A DNA stretch of 62,643 nt, filler included, from Chiloscyllium plagiosum (taxonomy: Eukaryota), in the NCBI RefSeq assembly GCF_004010195.1. It is 5 parts of one record of this genome, joined end to end, with 100 filler letters (N's around TTAATTAATTAA, not from the genome) between each part and the next. Parts side by side here need not be neighbours in the genome. Positions count along the whole stretch, not along the records: positions 57,381 to 62,643 come from NC_057710.1; 4 more parts are not named here. One strand, 5' to 3'. A model generated the notes under the pieces. That model was given only the letters and a program-made list of their open reading frames with translations. It was not told where the DNA came from and ran no database searches. Position numbers and translations under genes: made by a program. Below are positions 62,170 through 62,643 of this stretch, one piece after another (positions within the stretch are counted from its first letter, which is position 1; each line of letters begins with the position of its first letter).

Positions 62170-62643
62170 CTAGTTAGAGGGACGGACAGGCGGTTCTGTG
62201 GACATGGGTGAGACTCTCGGATGGTTTGTTGCCTCCCGGGTGCCAGGGTCCGAGACGTCTCGGACCGTGTCTTCAGAATCCTTAAGGGGGAGGGGTGTGC
62301 AGCCAGAAGTCGTGGTGCACGTTGGCACCAACGACATAGGTAGGAAGAGGGGTGGGGAGGTCATTCAGGAGCTCAGGGAGTTAGGCTGGAAGCTGAAAGC
62401 TAGGACAGACAGAGTCGTCATCTCTGGGTTGTTGCCGGTGCCACGTGACAGTGAGGCAAGGAATAGGGAGAGAGTGCAGTTGAACACGTGGCTGCAAGGA
62501 TGGCTTCGGAGAGAGGGCTTCAGGTATTTGGACAATTGGACTGCATTCTGGCGAAGGTGGGACCTGTACAAGCAGGACGGGTTGCACCTGAACCAGAAGG
62601 GCACCAATATCCGGGGAGGTAGGTTTGCTAGCACTCTTCGGGG
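62170..62643 (+). mobile_element. CR1 ORF1 SGNH esterase domain, well preserved, runs off the window
   Basis: CCLPGARVRDV...VVVHVGTNDI...VVISGLLPVP...LNTWLQGW...DGLHLNQKG. Confidence 0.9.

Larger units (their letters stand above)
59520..62170 (+). mobile_element. Old CR1 5' region (ORF1 Cys-rich N-terminus, esterase, start of APE) split by PLE insertions
   Basis: DHICNTC...ELESELWTL..IREEESYLD; later CCLPGA, GTN, GLHLN remnants; LYLNAHSVRSK. Confidence 0.75.

Overview
Eukaryotic, repeat-dominated genomic DNA from a cartilaginous fish. The HE1/V-SINEs, CR1 (HER1-like) LINEs and the ~70-bp CTGTCCCTGTCCTGGGAG minisatellite are typical of sharks; bamboo shark (Chiloscyllium) is plausible but is an inference. 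Most ORFs in the supplied track are spurious: microsatellites, N-gaps, or antisense frames of transposons. Content: many decayed CR1 LINE pieces (ORF1 SGNH esterase, APE endonuclease, RT), a second CR1-group LINE with a partner SINE, about ten HE1 SINEs, DeuSINE/L2 relics, a tRNA-Leu pseudogene, several tandem repeats, and Penelope-like element (PLE) fragments. The most striking signal is a swarm of short PLE-derived cassettes (about 100-1000 bp), flanked by target-site duplications and often arranged as inverted repeats. They carry minimal hammerhead-ribozyme cores (CUGANGA-stem-GAAA-palindrome-UH) of at least three sequence families. I also read a candidate minus-strand gene for a small secreted protein: TATA box, signal-peptide exon, micro-exon and two further exons, about 90 aa. 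Several other orphan exon-like segments have good splice sites. Four N-gaps contain an artificial TTAATTAATTAA linker, so contiguity across them is unproven. Repeat boundaries are approximate and read by eye.
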